Under the pieces are notes generated by a model that saw only the letters and a list, made by a program, of their open reading frames with translations, did no database searches and was not told where the DNA came from. DNA of 63,932 nt, counting the filler, from Chiloscyllium plagiosum (taxonomy: Eukaryota): assembly GCF_004010195.1 (NCBI RefSeq). It is 5 parts of one record of this genome, joined end to end, with 100 filler letters (N's around TTAATTAATTAA, not from the genome) between each part and the next. Parts side by side here need not be neighbours in the genome. Positions count along the whole stretch, not along the records: positions 35,717 to 59,846 come from NC_057711.1; positions 59,947 to 63,932 come from NC_057711.1; 3 more parts are not named here. One strand, written 5' to 3'. How positions within the stretch are numbered: position 1 is the stretch's first letter; each line of letters starts with the position of its first letter. Below are positions 49,399 through 62,686 of the stretch, one piece after another. Position numbers and translations under genes: made by a program.

Positions 49399-50034
49399 TG
49401 GGCAGAATTTTTCCATTCCTAGAGAAATGAGAGAGGCAACAAGAAGGAGAAATATTTGGGTGATCTTTCCTCAGAGAGAAATGTGCCCCTTCCTACCATC
49501 TCTCGTAAATGTCAGGCGAGCGACTCTATTGAAGTCTTTCTTGACTTGCTCCCAATTAAGGCCTTTAAATGGTCAATTATTAGTCACTTAATGGCCTCAA
49601 TTTCCTTTTCACAGATCAATTCCCTCACCAGCGGATGGGAATTGTGGCTAGATTCCTGATTGAGAAACCAGGGTGACCTGCCTGTAAGTTTCTTTTTGGG
49701 AGGGGCCTCCAAAACTGTGCAATTCTGAAAAGGGGGAATGGTACAATTGAAGACGTATGGCAGTGACGTCAGAAAACCTCTCATCTGCCCTTGCTCTGAA
49801 TCCCCCTTTTCCTCCTCCCAGTTTCAGTCCCCACCCACAAGAAGGAAAAGCTTATCCTTTGGGTTAACCGTGGAATAGCCCTCGACCAATGATCCTTAAG
49901 AGCTGGTGCTTCTGGTGACCCAGCATGATAGGGAAAGAAACTCTTACTATCCAAGGTTAGTCAGTGAGTTATCTTGGCTGTGAGGAACATGCTGATCCCA
50001 CACTTGGACAAATTAGTGGGAAAAATTCCGACCA
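49399..50034. mobile_element. Non-autonomous TIR element with an internal palindrome
   Basis: TGGGCAGAATTTTTCC ... GGAAAAATTCCGACCA (14/16 inverted match); imperfect palindrome at 49554-49602. Confidence 0.5.
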
Positions 50035-53000
50035 TCAACCATGTTGCACTGCGAGAAGCAGTGTCTTTCAGACAGAATTTTAAAACAATGTTTTGCCAAC
50101 ATTTTCAGGTTTCCTGCAATCCTGGCCAACATTTAGTCCTCAGCCAGAGCCATCAGAACAGAAACAGTCCTGTTGCCGGGACTACTGGATGCAAATGTGG
50201 CTGCGGCATTTACCAATAAGACACCCTGTTAAAAAAAATATTCGTAAGGGCACATATCATCATTATGGTTCTTCTCTGCAAAGTCATATTAACAAGTGAT
50301 TATAAAAACAGCATTCAGCTCTTTTAGAAAATTATTGTTTCAAAAGTGCCCCTTCAAAATGGCAATAATACTTCAGTTATCAGGTCGTGACAGTGTCCAG
50401 AAATAGCCCAAAAGATCCCTTACCAGATATATTCACAAAGCCCAAAAATGGTAAAGTGCGTCAAATGCCTAAATGCAATCCATTTTAGCACTTGTGTGCA
50501 CAGCAAAGAGGCACGTGCTCATTGCACATCAGAGGAAATCATGTCCTTATCCCTAACAATCAGCTGCCATTCTGAATGTGAGTGCAGAAAACTGTCATGT
50601 TATTATTAGTATGTACAGTACTGCACCATTAAGTAATCATGGGCGTCAGTGCAACAATCAGCAGACTCATTTCAAGCACCCCCACAGAGCTGTGGCACCT
50701 GAACAAAAGGAACATTTGGCAAAATGTGTTCTACAACACTGCTGGTTCACGAAGAGTTCAGAAAGCGTCAGCAGAACTGAGGTCTGATTCCAGATCAGCA
50801 CAAAGATGAGATTTCTTTTCACAGCTGGCATGAAGGCATGGCAGAAAGGGCTCCAGTGAAGCTGAAACCTTTGCACATTTGATCAGCGGCAGGCAGGAAG
50901 AATGGTCTGAGTGAGTACGTGGAGAGGTAAGGCAATGGTAGTTCAAGTTGGGAACAAATTTCATTCTTTGAACCATGGAGCTGAAGCAATTTGGCTGTAC
51001 CGATCAGGAAAGTTCAAACAGGCTGAGGAGTTCCCAGATAGAGAGCTTTCAAAATTGTGAAAGAATTGGTTAGGGTAGAAATCAAGGTGTTGCCCCTTGC
51101 AGAGGAGACCATAACCAGGGGCTGGTAAATATAAGTTAGTCGCACGTGAATCCGACAGGGAATTCAGGAGAAATTTTTCTGTACCTAGCAAGTTGTCTCA
51201 TGTGAAACTTGTGGGTACAAGGAGTGGCTGAGGTCATTCACAAAAGAGACTCATTCAGGGGAAACTAGAAAAACACCTGAAGCCGAAAGCGAGTGAATAA
51301 AAAGCTGGTGGGGTTTGGTGAAGAAGTAGTAGGAGGCTTATGTTGAGGAAAAACATTGATCTGAACCACTCTGTCCAATGGTATTGTGTTTCTGTTTATG
51401 GTAAACAACAGGAAAATGCTGTGATATTTATAAGCCTCAGTATCCCATCACTCAGGTGAATTCGACCTCCTTGATGGTGTTACTTGGATGTGACCCAGTG
51501 CACTTGCATTTAACATTGGAACTAAATAGGATTTCATATCAACATTGGAGATGTACTGGCTGGTTTTCAGTCACTAAAAGACAACTCTAAATTGCCCTCT
51601 CTCAATTACTTTAAAGGAAAATACTGCAGATGTTCAGATGCTGAGTATCTGCAGAAATTCAGCAGGTGTGTTGATAACCATTGGCAAGGCAAACAGAGTT
51701 AACATTTCAAGTTCTCTCTGCTGAGTATTTCCAACACTTGACCCTTTTATTTTTCTGTCAGTAGTTCCTTATATCAGAATCCAAGCAAGTCTTCCCTTTC
51801 GTGGAAGACTGTCACTAGCCTTGTCTACCATTCTAAGCTATCAGAAGTAATAACAATTGTATGTTTGTAATGTCCTCTGTTGTATTTTTAAGAACAATTG
51901 AACAGGAAGAGCTTTCTGTTCTGCTAATGGAGCATCTGATCGTTTATTGCTCTGTCTATTGAAATAATTGTGAACAGCTTGGGTCCTCAGTGATATGTAG
52001 GTGTATCACCTGTGTTCTTTAAACTTGAAAAGAACTGTGTGCTTTACACTAGTGGCCTTAGCAATCTAATTACTAATGTTTCAATTCTTCAAACAGCAGA
52101 ATCACTGGTATTACAATTCTCCAAGCACTCGCTCAATCATTTAATACGACAGCAGCAATTTGAGCGCTGCAACATTTCAACCTAATTCACTGGGGCCAGA
52201 GATTAAAATAGGAAGTAGTGTTGAGCCGAATGTAGCACATGGCGGGGTGTGGTCTTAACTGCTGGGCCAGCTACCTACAACTGTCCTCTGGTATGGAATG
52301 AAAGCTGGGAAAGTTTGTGAACAATCTGAGTTCAAGCAGGTCCTAAACATAGTGTTGGTGGGTGGCTGTGTAAAGGAGCTGGCAATTGACATTGTTGGGT
52401 GATCCTTTAGAACAGTTACCAATCTGTATTCAAACTCCATGAAAAGGTCTCAAGTGGGACACAGGTACTTTGTGGCTTACATTATTTGAGCTTTGATGAG
52501 ATACATTGCAGTTCAAACGCGCATGATAACCTGCACCCTAGTTGATAGTAAACCAGAATGCTGTGGCAGCCAGCATGATTGCAATTTAATCTATTAGACT
52601 ATTGCAGCTATAAAAATCTGTGTAATTGGAATTCATTTGATGAGTTTTGTTAAATGTTGTTTTCTTGCACTTCTTCTCTCCCTCCCTCCTTCCTGGAAAC
52701 TGGTAAAGTATATGAGTAAAAGCGGCATGATGCTTGTCTCAAAACATCCCTTCAACTGTAGTGACAACTTCAGAGGCAGCGTGGCTGGCTTGAAGTCTGG
52801 AAATGTCAAATTGCTCAGGCCTCTGACAGCTGTATCATTAACTGACCCCACTGTTCAGTGAATCTCCTCTGGGATCAAAGTGGCTGCTGCTTTGCTGTGC
52901 AGTTTTCTAAATACAGAACATTTCCACTGGCGACAGCCTTATCTTAACGCAGTTGATACACAAGTCGGCTTATTTTGATTTTGTCAGTGTTTTAATACTG

Positions 53001-53469
53001 GATCATCTGACAGGCAACGGAGCTGAAAAATTGCCTCCTTTACAGTTTATGCAGTTAAGTGGCAGGAACCTAAAATTTCTTTCTTTAAGTTCCTCACATG
53101 TCTTGGAGCAAACCTCTGTTCGATGTCAATAGTGTGGCATCTCCAGATATGGCGTAATTCTCCAGTCAAGACATTAGTTTTCACAGGAAAGTGATTAAAC
53201 TGGCTTGTACTCATATCTGTAAAAGTAGTAGAAAAGAAAATATCAGTGGCCACAAGAGGTTTTCAATCACTTTGCACTTGAACATGCAAACAGTAATATC
53301 ATATGCTTTCATGGGATTGAGACATTGCTGGATAGTCCAAGATTCTTTACCAATGTAAAGAGAAAATGTTGGAAAGACTCGGCAGGCCTGGCAGCATCCA
53401 TGATGAGAGAAACAGAGTTAATGTTTTGAGTCTGATATGACTTCTTCTGGAGAGATCTGAGATCTGAGG

Positions 53470-54256
53470 AAGAACATAGAACATAGAAGAATACAGCGCA
53501 GTACAGGCCCTTCGGCCCTCGATGTTGCACCGATCCAAGCCCACCTAACCTACACTAGCCCACTATCCTCCATATGCCTATCCAATGCCCGCTTAAATGC
53601 CCATAATGAGGGAGAGTCCACCACTGCTACTGGCAGGGCATTCCATGAACTCACGACTCGCTGAGTAAAGAACCTACCCCTAACATCTGTCCTATACCTA
53701 CCCCCCCTTAATTTACAGCTATGCCCCCTTGTAATAGCTGGCTCCATACGTGGAAAAAGATTCTCACTGTCGTCCCTATCTAAACCCCTAATCATCTTGT
53801 ACACCTCTATCAAGTCACCCTTAAACCTTCTTTTCTCCAATGAAAACAACCCCAAGTGCCTCAGCCTTTCCTCATACGATCTTTCTACCATACCAGGCAA
53901 CATCCTGGTAAACCTCCTCTGCACCCGTTCCAGTGCCTCCATATCCTTCCTATAGTATGGCGACCAAAACTGCACGCAATACTCCAGATGCGGCTGCACC
54001 AGAGTCTTATACAACTGCAACATGACCTCATTACTCCGGAACTCAATTCCTCTACCAATAAAAGCCAGTACGCCATATGCCTTCTTCACCGCACTATTTA
54101 CCTGGGTGGCAACTTTCAAAGATCTGTGTACATGGACACCAAGATCCTTCTGCTCATCCACACTACCAAGTATCCGACCATTAGCCCAGTACCCCATCTT
54201 TTTATTACTCTTACCAAAGTGAATCACCTCACACTTAGCTACATTGAACTCCATCA
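53470..54256 (-). mobile_element. Young 5'-truncated CR1 LINE with an uninterrupted 235-aa ORF2 C-terminus
   Basis: MEFNVAKCEVIHFG...DLGV...HLEYCVQFWSP...WNALP; (TTCTATG)n tail. Confidence 0.95.
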
Positions 54257-55289
54257 AGAGTTGTTAACATTTGGCCCCATTAGTTTCTCCAGTATAATCT
54301 TGTCACTAATACTAATTTCCTTCAACTCATTCTCCTTGATCACTTAGATTTCTTGTATCTTCCTAAATGAAAACACACAGGCATGTTAACAACCTTTAAG
54401 GCATATTTTGGTAGACACATGAATAGGAGGCGAACAGGGAGATGGGCAATAAATAGTGGGTCCAAATGAGAGGTAGGAATCGACGCAGGCTTGGTGGGAT
54501 GAAGAGTCTTCCTGTGCTGTATTGAATTGTATTGTATAATTGTATTGTACATGAATCAATCATTTAGTTTCTGTGCCCATTTCTCTAGTACCCATGTAAA
54601 TTTTCCTGACTCTGATTTGCCTGAACCAAATGTTTCCTTTTTGCATACTGTTGCAGTCCATCTGTACATTTTTTGCGAGATTGCATTCATATTCTATCCT
54701 TTCCCTATCAGTTACATCATCCTCCCTTGCTAAATTCTTTTGAAAACTCCTCAGCTTTACTGCTATTCCTAACCACTTTATCAGATGTTTTGTTTAACCT
54801 TACACAATCTGTAATTCCCTTTACCATTCACATGTGACTCTGATTTTGCTTTTTTGGCATCTTGTAGGAATGTAAAGTGTGTTTCTTTGTCCCATCCAGA
54901 TTCTAGACATGGTCCCTCTGATCTGGAACCCTCCCTTACGAATGGACTATCCCAATGCTCCATGATTAGCGCAATTACACCTCTTTTTCTTTCTTGTCCA
55001 TCTTTCCTAAATGTTGAAAAAAATGTCATTCTTAACATTGGGGAGATAGTTTTAAATGCAATAGGCCCTGAGTTTATTACTAACTGTGCCTCACCTATTG
55101 AGACAGCAGTGGGGATATATGGAGCTCACGGCTGATGATTTCTTAGTATTGAATGGACCTGAAAGTTAAACATTCATTTTTTTTGAGGATCATAATAAAA
55201 TAATTGTTTTTGAAATCAAATGACTGAATGGGTTTATTATCCATTAAAAATTCATTTCAGTTAGCTAAAGCCTTGATTTTCTAACGCTG

Positions 55290-55821
55290 AACATTGTGTG
55301 CAGTTCTGGTCGCCCCATTACAGGAAGAATGTGGAAGCATTGGAAAAGGTGCGGAAGAAATTTATCAGGATGTTGCCTGGTCTGGAGGGTAGGTCTTGTG
55401 GGAAAGGTTGAGGTACTTGGATCTGTTCTCACTGAAGAGAAGAAAGCTAAGAGGGGATTTAATAGAGACACACAAGATGGTCAGAGGATTAGATAGGGTG
55501 GACAATGAGAGTCTTTTTCCTAGGATGATTACGTCGGCTTGTACGAGGGGGCATAGCTGCGAATTGAGGGTGATAGATTTAAGACAGATGTCAGAGGCAG
55601 GTTCTTTATTCAGAGAGTGGTAAGGGTGTGGAATGCCCTGTCTGCCAATGTAGTTAACTCAGCCACATTAGGGGCATTTAAACACCCTTGGAGAAGCATA
55701 TGGATGATGATGGGATAGTGTAGGGGGATGGGCTTAGATTAGTTCACAGGTCGGCGCAACGTCGAGGGCCGAAGGGTGTGTTCTGTGCTGTATTGTTCTA
55801 TATTTCTATGTTCTATGTTCT
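55290..55821 (+). mobile_element. CR1 LINE 3' fragment
   Basis: CVQFWSP..., RGDLIETHKMVRGLDRVD, (TTCTATG)n tail. Confidence 0.9.
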
Positions 55822-56099
55822 TTGAAGTATTTTCATGTAATTCCTATGGCCTGTTCTGGATCAAATGGATCCCTTAACATTTCCAATCGTTCTTACACAG
55901 TGCTAAGAACAAACCGACTGATAAGCAGCAGTGGTAGAGAATTCACATTTGCACATTGGTGAGAAAGATTTTTTCCATGGCACAACATTAGCCAAATGGC
56001 CCAAAATACTACCAAATATATAGCAGGAGAAACATTTTGATTTACATTTTAGATCCCAGAGATAATTGTCACAGAATTGTCTATATTGCTGGGAAAAAC

Positions 56100-56520
56100 A
56101 AATAGAGCCAGAGATTGGACCTGTACTCATTGGAATTTAGAAGAATGAGATGCAATTTTATTGAAGCATTCAAGTTTCTTCAAGGATTGGACAGCTTGGA
56201 TGTGCAGATGTGTCCCCTTGTGAGACAGGAGAAAGTGAGGACTGCAGATACTGGAGATCAGACTCAAAAAGTGTGGCTTTGGAAAAACATAGTGGATCAG
56301 GCAGCATCCGAGGACCAGGAGAGTTCTGCTCCTCGGATGCTGCCTGACCTGCTGTGCTTTCTCCACACTTTTTGGCCCCTTTGTGGGAGAGTCTAAGATC
56401 AGAAGGCATAATCTGAGAACACCTTTAGAAGAGAAATGAGGAATTTCTCCTGTCAGAGAGTAGTGGATTTGCGGAAAGTGCTGTTGAGGCAAGGTTGTGA
56501 AATATATTCCAGTATTGCAT
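56100..56520 (+). mobile_element. Old CR1 3' fragment with a nested family A fold-back (56227-56373)
   Basis: LYSLEFRRMR..LIE-like reading; insert arms CAGGCAGCATCCGAGGA / TCCTCGGATGCTGCCTG. Confidence 0.7.
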
Positions 56521-58509
56521 CGAATACTTCTCAGGTGTCCTTCTGCAAGAACTATTGATCTCAATATTTCTAAATATTTTGGAGATTTGGTTGACCCCAA
56601 GCTTTCACAAGTATGCTTTCACGCAGGGATAGACATATCCCAGTGGTTAGCATCTCTGTTTAACAAACTGAGAAGTCTCTAACAAACCTGGTGGCCCCAT
56701 TATTTACCTTTCTGGGTTGCAAAGTGAACTTAGTAAATAAAAGTACAGAAGTTGCGCATACGCACTAATTTATTGCAAAGCAAGGCCTCAAAAACTGTTG
56801 AAAAATAAATCACCAAGGCTACAGGAATACTTGCGTGTTAATCATTAATTTCAGAGACACAGAAAACTCACTGATTACTAACTCAAAACCAAAACTTACA
56901 ATAATAATATATATTTAAATGCCACAGTTTGTATCACATATTCCAAATCTACATCACTGTCTATCTGGGTACATTTTCTCAAGTCGCTAATGCTTCTTTG
57001 CCAAATATCTTAAATCCCTGTCCTTTCATTCTTGATTCCTCCACCACTGGGAACAGATTATCCCCATTTACTCTGCCTTGACCCTTAATGATACTGAATA
57101 ACGTCCTGCCCAGGATATTAGCCTGGCAGGTATGGAAGAGACAATCAAAAAAAACTGCCATGTATCTCATGTTCTTTCGTGACAACTAAATGTTCTAAAA
57201 TGTTTTATAGCCAATAAACTAATTCTGGAATATAATTGTAAAATATTTAGCATTGGACGATAGCCTGTACTAGGGAGTCAGGGACTGTTTGGTCGTTTCC
57301 TGCTGCTCACAAGCTGATTTTGCTCAGTAACCTTCCGTGTTTGCTGAGCATGTTTCAAAAATGGTCCTGTTGTTAAATGCTGAAGAAGTGATTGGCAAAA
57401 TATTCTGCAACAAACTGAAGCAGCTGTCAGGAAGGAGATCTCAAAATGAAGCCAGACCATCTTCATGAATGAGCACTCCGAAGCTCTGTGATCCAGTGCA
57501 TGGACTTGAATTGTGAACCCATTCGGACTTCAAGCAAAGTGAGGAATATACCTGAGCAATTGATTAAGGACAGAACTTTAGCAGTTTGCACAGTAAACCT
57601 TCAGCTGAAAGGATGTTGGGTGGTTTCCTTGTCCACATTTGATCCCATCTATTAATTTATTCTCCAGAACTGAGATAGCTAGTGATTATGGTGTTTACAA
57701 ATGATGGCAGCATTGATTCTGTGACACTAGATTCTACCAATCAAGACAGCATAGATCGACACCCATGACATTTGTAAACACTTGACGTGTCTGAAATCTC
57801 TCTTGGAAAATGTAAAAAAGTCGCAACTTCAACTCTCTCTACAAGCTCAGTTTATATTTGGTGAGTTGAGTATTTTAATTATTTATTATAGCACAGGGGC
57901 AATTGACAGTGAAGCGTTTAATTAAGTAAGTCCAAATTCAAAAAACAAAGATTTCCTTTTTGACTCTGCACAGTAGCCATAATCTCGACTTGTTGTATGT
58001 GATTAGTGATAATCCTGGTAATAAAATCTAATTTTCTGGATTGTATATTTTCTCTGTTACATGTAAATATTCCAACCTTGTTGTTTCCTTTCCTTCCCCT
58101 CTGTGTTTCTTGCCTCCCCTCTTGAAGGCAAGATGAGCAAAGTGTAGTTTCAGAGGTGGCTTCAAAGCGTGGCTGTGTGCCTTATCCCCAGGAGTCCCGC
58201 TAATTACATAGCCCTTAATTAAATACAGCATGAGGCGAAAGATTTCCAGACAACCATGTTTTAGCTTAAGTGTTGTACATTGTTGTATAATTTAGTTTAT
58301 TGCTACTGTCAACTTCTGCAGCCTATTTCTCCATAAATATTACATGACGTTTGAACTTTATTGAAATGCAGTTCAGTCTAAGCCTGTGTGGAGCAATATA
58401 GAGGTTCTCAATACCCAGGGCCCCCAAATCTTGACTCTGTTTTAGGACACTCTTATCCACTATTGTTCTCATATGTGCAATGAATTGTCATCTCTAAATC
58501 CTGGCTAAG

Positions 58510-58625
58510 GGGGCAATTGTGGTGCAGCGACAGTACCCCTGCCTCTGGGCCAGGAAAGGCTAAGTTAAAGTCCGACCTGCTTGAGAGATGTGTCATAAAA
58601 TGTCTAAACAGATTGATTGAAAGTT
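58510..58625 (+). mobile_element. Short tRNA-derived SINE remnant
   Basis: TTGTGGTGCAGCGACAGTACCCCTGCCTCTGGGCC... tRNA-like head; antisense counterpart at 30950-31075. Confidence 0.5.
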
Positions 58626-58658
58626 CAAAAAAGAAGAAATCCTGGCTGATAATTCTTT

Positions 58659-59680
58659 TGTTATGATCCCAGCAGAAACTGATAATGTTAAAAAATAACT
58701 TTGATTCTCCACTTAATATTTCAAAGAATGATGAAACTGTGACAGTTCTGCTTTATCAGTCAGAGCATTTGTATATAGCTACACTGTCATTAGTTTTGGA
58801 AAGAGATTGTTTCAGAATGTATTCCATGTTAAACCTCTCTAATGAAAATAAAAACAGAATAATGAAATCTTGAAAGCCTTGAAGGCTGGCTTTGAAGTAA
58901 CTTATACATGGTACGTATGCAGTGATAGGGCACAAGATTGAAGAGAGAGCATCCTGTGATCACTGTGTGATTTCTTTGGCTCAGCTCACAGTATCCTCTG
59001 AATTTCTGCAACTAAAAAACCATCTAATTAAAGACAAAATTGTATTAGATATTAGACATAAGAGATCCCACGTGAAAGCACATCTACCGAGAGAGGAGAA
59101 ACTCAGTTTTAGAAAAGCAATTGACATCTGGGGAAGCACTGAGGTTGTAAAATCAGCAGCTAAAACACATTCATGGCAGAAAAGATCAGACTTTACATTA
59201 TGCAGATAGATGCTGCAGTCCCAAAATTCAAACCAGTTGTGGATTAAATGTTGGGTGCAGACGGCGTTATGCAAAGGAGTAGAAGACACATTCAGCCTCG
59301 GGAAAGCAGCGTTCTCACTGCAAGAAATGAAATCATTTTGCACACAAGTGCATGGCTAGAAGAAAGTACAACAAGCAGGGACGGATAGCGACCAGAAAGC
59401 AGACAACTGAAGATTCGGATGAATCACTCGACACCCTACAACAGGTTGGTGCAGTCACATTGACAGGTGATACGTGATTTGTGACTTTAGGAATAATGAC
59501 TGCAGAAGGAGAACATCTTGTCAAGATAAATCATCAGTCCATCATGCAATATCCTGACCTTTACATACTTGTGTGAAGTGGTTCGACAAGATGAGACAAA
59601 AATCAAAGCCCTCAAAAGTAACTTTGAGGCTTTGTGATGGCACTATTCTCATGCTAGATTACTCTGCCTGCCCAATACAG
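58659..59680 (+). mobile_element. Degraded Gypsy-type LTR retrotransposon (LTR start, gag, zinc knuckle)
   Basis: TGTTATGATCCC start; LIKDKIVLDI...LPREEKLSFRKAIDI (gag) and GKQRSHCKK*NHFAHKC (CCHC-like knuckle). Confidence 0.7.
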
Positions 59681-59684
59681 AGGA

Positions 59685-60187
59685 CCCACTCTGTACTACA
59701 TCCTCAGGAGAATTCATACTCTCAACAAACAGTATTTCAATTCCATTTCAAACATCAAAAACTGTAAGTACAACAAACTTTTATCTACCCACCTCCATAA
59801 CCAGCGCTCCTCGAACATTCCAGAAGATTCCCCTGGCCTCGGAAACNNNNNNNNNNNNNNNNNNNNNNNNNNNNNNNNNNNNNNNNNNNNTTAATTAATT
59901 AANNNNNNNNNNNNNNNNNNNNNNNNNNNNNNNNNNNNNNNNNNNNCCGGCCTATCACCCTCACCTTGACCTCCTTCCACTTATCGCATTTCCAACGCCC
60001 CTCCCCCAAGTCCCTCCTCCCTACCTTTTATCTTAGCCTGCTGGACACACTTTCCTCATTCCTGAAGAAGGGCTCATGCCCAAAACATCGATTCTTCTGC
60101 TCCTTGGATGCTGCCTGACCTGCTGCGCCTTTCCAGCAACACATTTTCAGCTCTGATCTCCAGCCTCTGCAGTCCTCACTTTCTCCT
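59685..60187 (+). mobile_element. Penelope-like element ends flanking a gap
   Basis: 59947-60187 is the reverse-complement homolog of 47972-48215, including CTGAAGA A GGGC TCAT GCCC AAAA; the part left of the gap is assigned by context only. Confidence 0.7.
59847..59946. other. Assembly gap spacer
   Basis: 100 nt: N-run, TTAATTAATTAA, N-run. Confidence 0.97.
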
Positions 60188-60542
60188 GCTTTAAAAGATG
60201 AAAATGCAATGCTTTTCTGTAATTCGGGAACTAGCTTGTGGGCCTCTTCTGAACTAGTCCCAGTGCTTGAATGCGTTTTGACCAGAACTGGATGCAGAGT
60301 CAGGCCAGAACATTGCAAAAATTCAGTGGGAATTCTCACTGATTGTACTTTACTGTTTTGAGAAGACAGTCCAGCACCTTACTTCTAGATACTAGCTCAA
60401 TACTACTCCTTTCCCAGTCAATTTCATGAGTACCATAAGCTCATTAAAATTATTCATTAAATTTGAGGATTGATATGCATTGCCAGGAATTACTGTAACT
60501 AAGGTATAAGTGAATAAGTTAATACAACTGGTGATAAAAGCA

Positions 60543-61755
60543 CAAAGAACATAACAGCACAGGATCAGGCCCTTAAAGCCATCATTATGCTGATGCACGA
60601 CGTCTTTCAAAATTGAAAACCTTTTGCCTCTATGCAGTCTATATCCCTCTATTCCCTGTCTATTCATATATCTATTAAGATGCCTTTTAAACATTGCTAT
60701 TGTATCGGCCTCCACTATCTCCTCTGGCAGTGTATTCCAGGTTTATACCACCCTCTGTGGTATAAACCTGGAATACCACCTTGCCTCTCACATCTCTTTT
60801 AAAATCCCATTTTTTCTTAAACCTATGTCACCTAATATTTGACATTTCTACCCTGGGAAAAAGACTTTGACTATCCATTCAATCCATGTCTCTCATAATT
60901 CTGTAAATTTCTATTAGGTTGCCCCTCATCCTGTCACATTCAAGTGAAAACAAACCAAATTTATTCAATCTCTCCTCATAGCTAATACCCTGCAAACCAG
61001 GCTTCATCCTGGTCAGTCATTTCTGTACTCTCTCCAAAATCTCCACATCTTTCTGGTAGTGTGGTGACCAGGATTGCACAAAATATCCGAAATGTGGCCA
61101 AACTAAAGTTCTACATAGCTGCAACATGACTTGCCAATATTTATACTCTATGCCTCCAAGCATGCCATATGCTTTCTTGACCACCTTATCCACTTGTGTT
61201 GCCACTTTCAGGGAACTCTGGACCTGTGCATCTAGATCCCTCTGTATGTTGATACTACTACGGGTTCTGCTATTTACCGCATACTTCCCTCCTGCTTTAG
61301 ATCTTCCAAAATGCAGCACCGCACATTTGTCTGGATTAAACTCCATCTGACATTTCTCCCTCCAAGTCACCAGCCTATCCATATCCTGCTGTATCCTCTG
61401 GTACCTCCTCACTATCCCCAGCTCCCCAATCTTTGTGTCATCACAAATTTACTAGTCAGGTCAATTATGTTCTCCTCAGAATCATTTATATATTACAAAC
61501 AACAGGGGTCCTAGCACTGATCCCGGCAGAACACCACTGGTCACAGATGTCCAGTAAGAAAAACACTCTTCTATTGCTATTCTCTGTCTTCTATGACCAA
61601 GTCAGTTCTGTATCCATCTCACCAGCTCACCACAGATCATATGTCACTTCGCCTTTGTATCAGCCTACCACGAGGAACCTTATCAAAGGCCTTGCTAAAG
61701 TCCATGTCAACAACATCTACTGCCCTGCCCACATCAATCATCTTTGTCATTCCTA
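60543..61755 (-). mobile_element. CR1 LINE RT and 3' end, disrupted
   Basis: AVDVVDMDFSKAFDKVP; QMEFNPDKC..LHFG; LERVQK. Confidence 0.9.
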
Positions 61756-62272
61756 CAGAGGCAATGTAAACATCTTCACTTCCTACATTTATCTTCTTTA
61801 TAACCTCACAGTGAAGGGGCATTTGGTGATGAATTGTGAATTGTTTGTGCTGTAACTCTAGATCCCTTGGGAACCGGTTTATTCCAAATATGGCCACACA
61901 AATTAATTTGATGCATGAACCTTTTCAGCATTAGTGATGAGACCCATTACAGCATAGATCTAAATTGTAGAGTAAAGAAGACTTTGTTTTCTGATGCTGA
62001 TACCAGTTTATTGTAAATATGAAGTCCCAACTTGATTTGTTTCTGGGTGTGAAGATCAATGAGATTCCAGAGAGGAAGGGGTTCACTACACTTCAATCTA
62101 GAGACAGGGCAGTTGCTGACACCAGACTCACATTGTAAATACAAATGCAATCTCCCTTTTTAACTTCATTAGCTCATTCTCATTCCCTCAGCAGATTGAT
62201 GAATCATGTGATTTGGGCAGGTATAAATCAGTATAGATTGTTGGCTTAATGCATCAGTTAATCTTTTTCATT

Positions 62273-62392
62273 CTGCCCAGCTCCTTTTCCACCTATCACC
62301 TGCCCAGCTCCTTTTCCACCTATCACCTGCCCAGCTCCTTTTCCACCTATCACCTAATCTGGTTTCCAGCATCTGCAGTCATTGTTTTTACC
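62273..62392 (+). repeat. Three perfect 27-bp tandem units of PLE 3' sequence, followed by the PLE terminus
   Basis: (CTGCCCAGCTCCTTTTCCACCTATCAC)3 then AATCTGGTTTCCAGCATCTGCAGTCATTGTTTTTACC, as at 21155-21189. Confidence 0.85.
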
Positions 62393-62686
62393 TTTTTCAT
62401 TCTATGCCTATTTGTGTTCTTATGTGGTGTTTTTATTTTATTACCTACAGCTGCCAGGAATCCTGTAACAGATATGGCCAACTTTCTTAAGCTCAAGAGA
62501 CAGAAAAGTAATTGTCTAGTGATTTCGAACCATAGGTTTGATTTACAAAATATATATAACCTTCAGGTTTTGGAGCACAATTTTGGCAATCAGCTATCTT
62601 AAGATTTTATCAATGGCTTATGAACTATTCTGAACTGTTGCTTTAAGCTTTTGATATGCCTCAATTGTCTGATAAAAAATTCCAGC

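Noticed and set aside
53550..54257. 235-aa intact ORF as a host or domesticated gene
   Set aside because: It is the C-terminus of CR1 ORF2 in a young truncated copy with its tail; intactness reflects recent insertion.
62273..62353. 27-bp direct repeats (and the 15-bp repeats at 34805) as a CRISPR-like array
   Set aside because: No spacers, vertebrate context, no cas genes.
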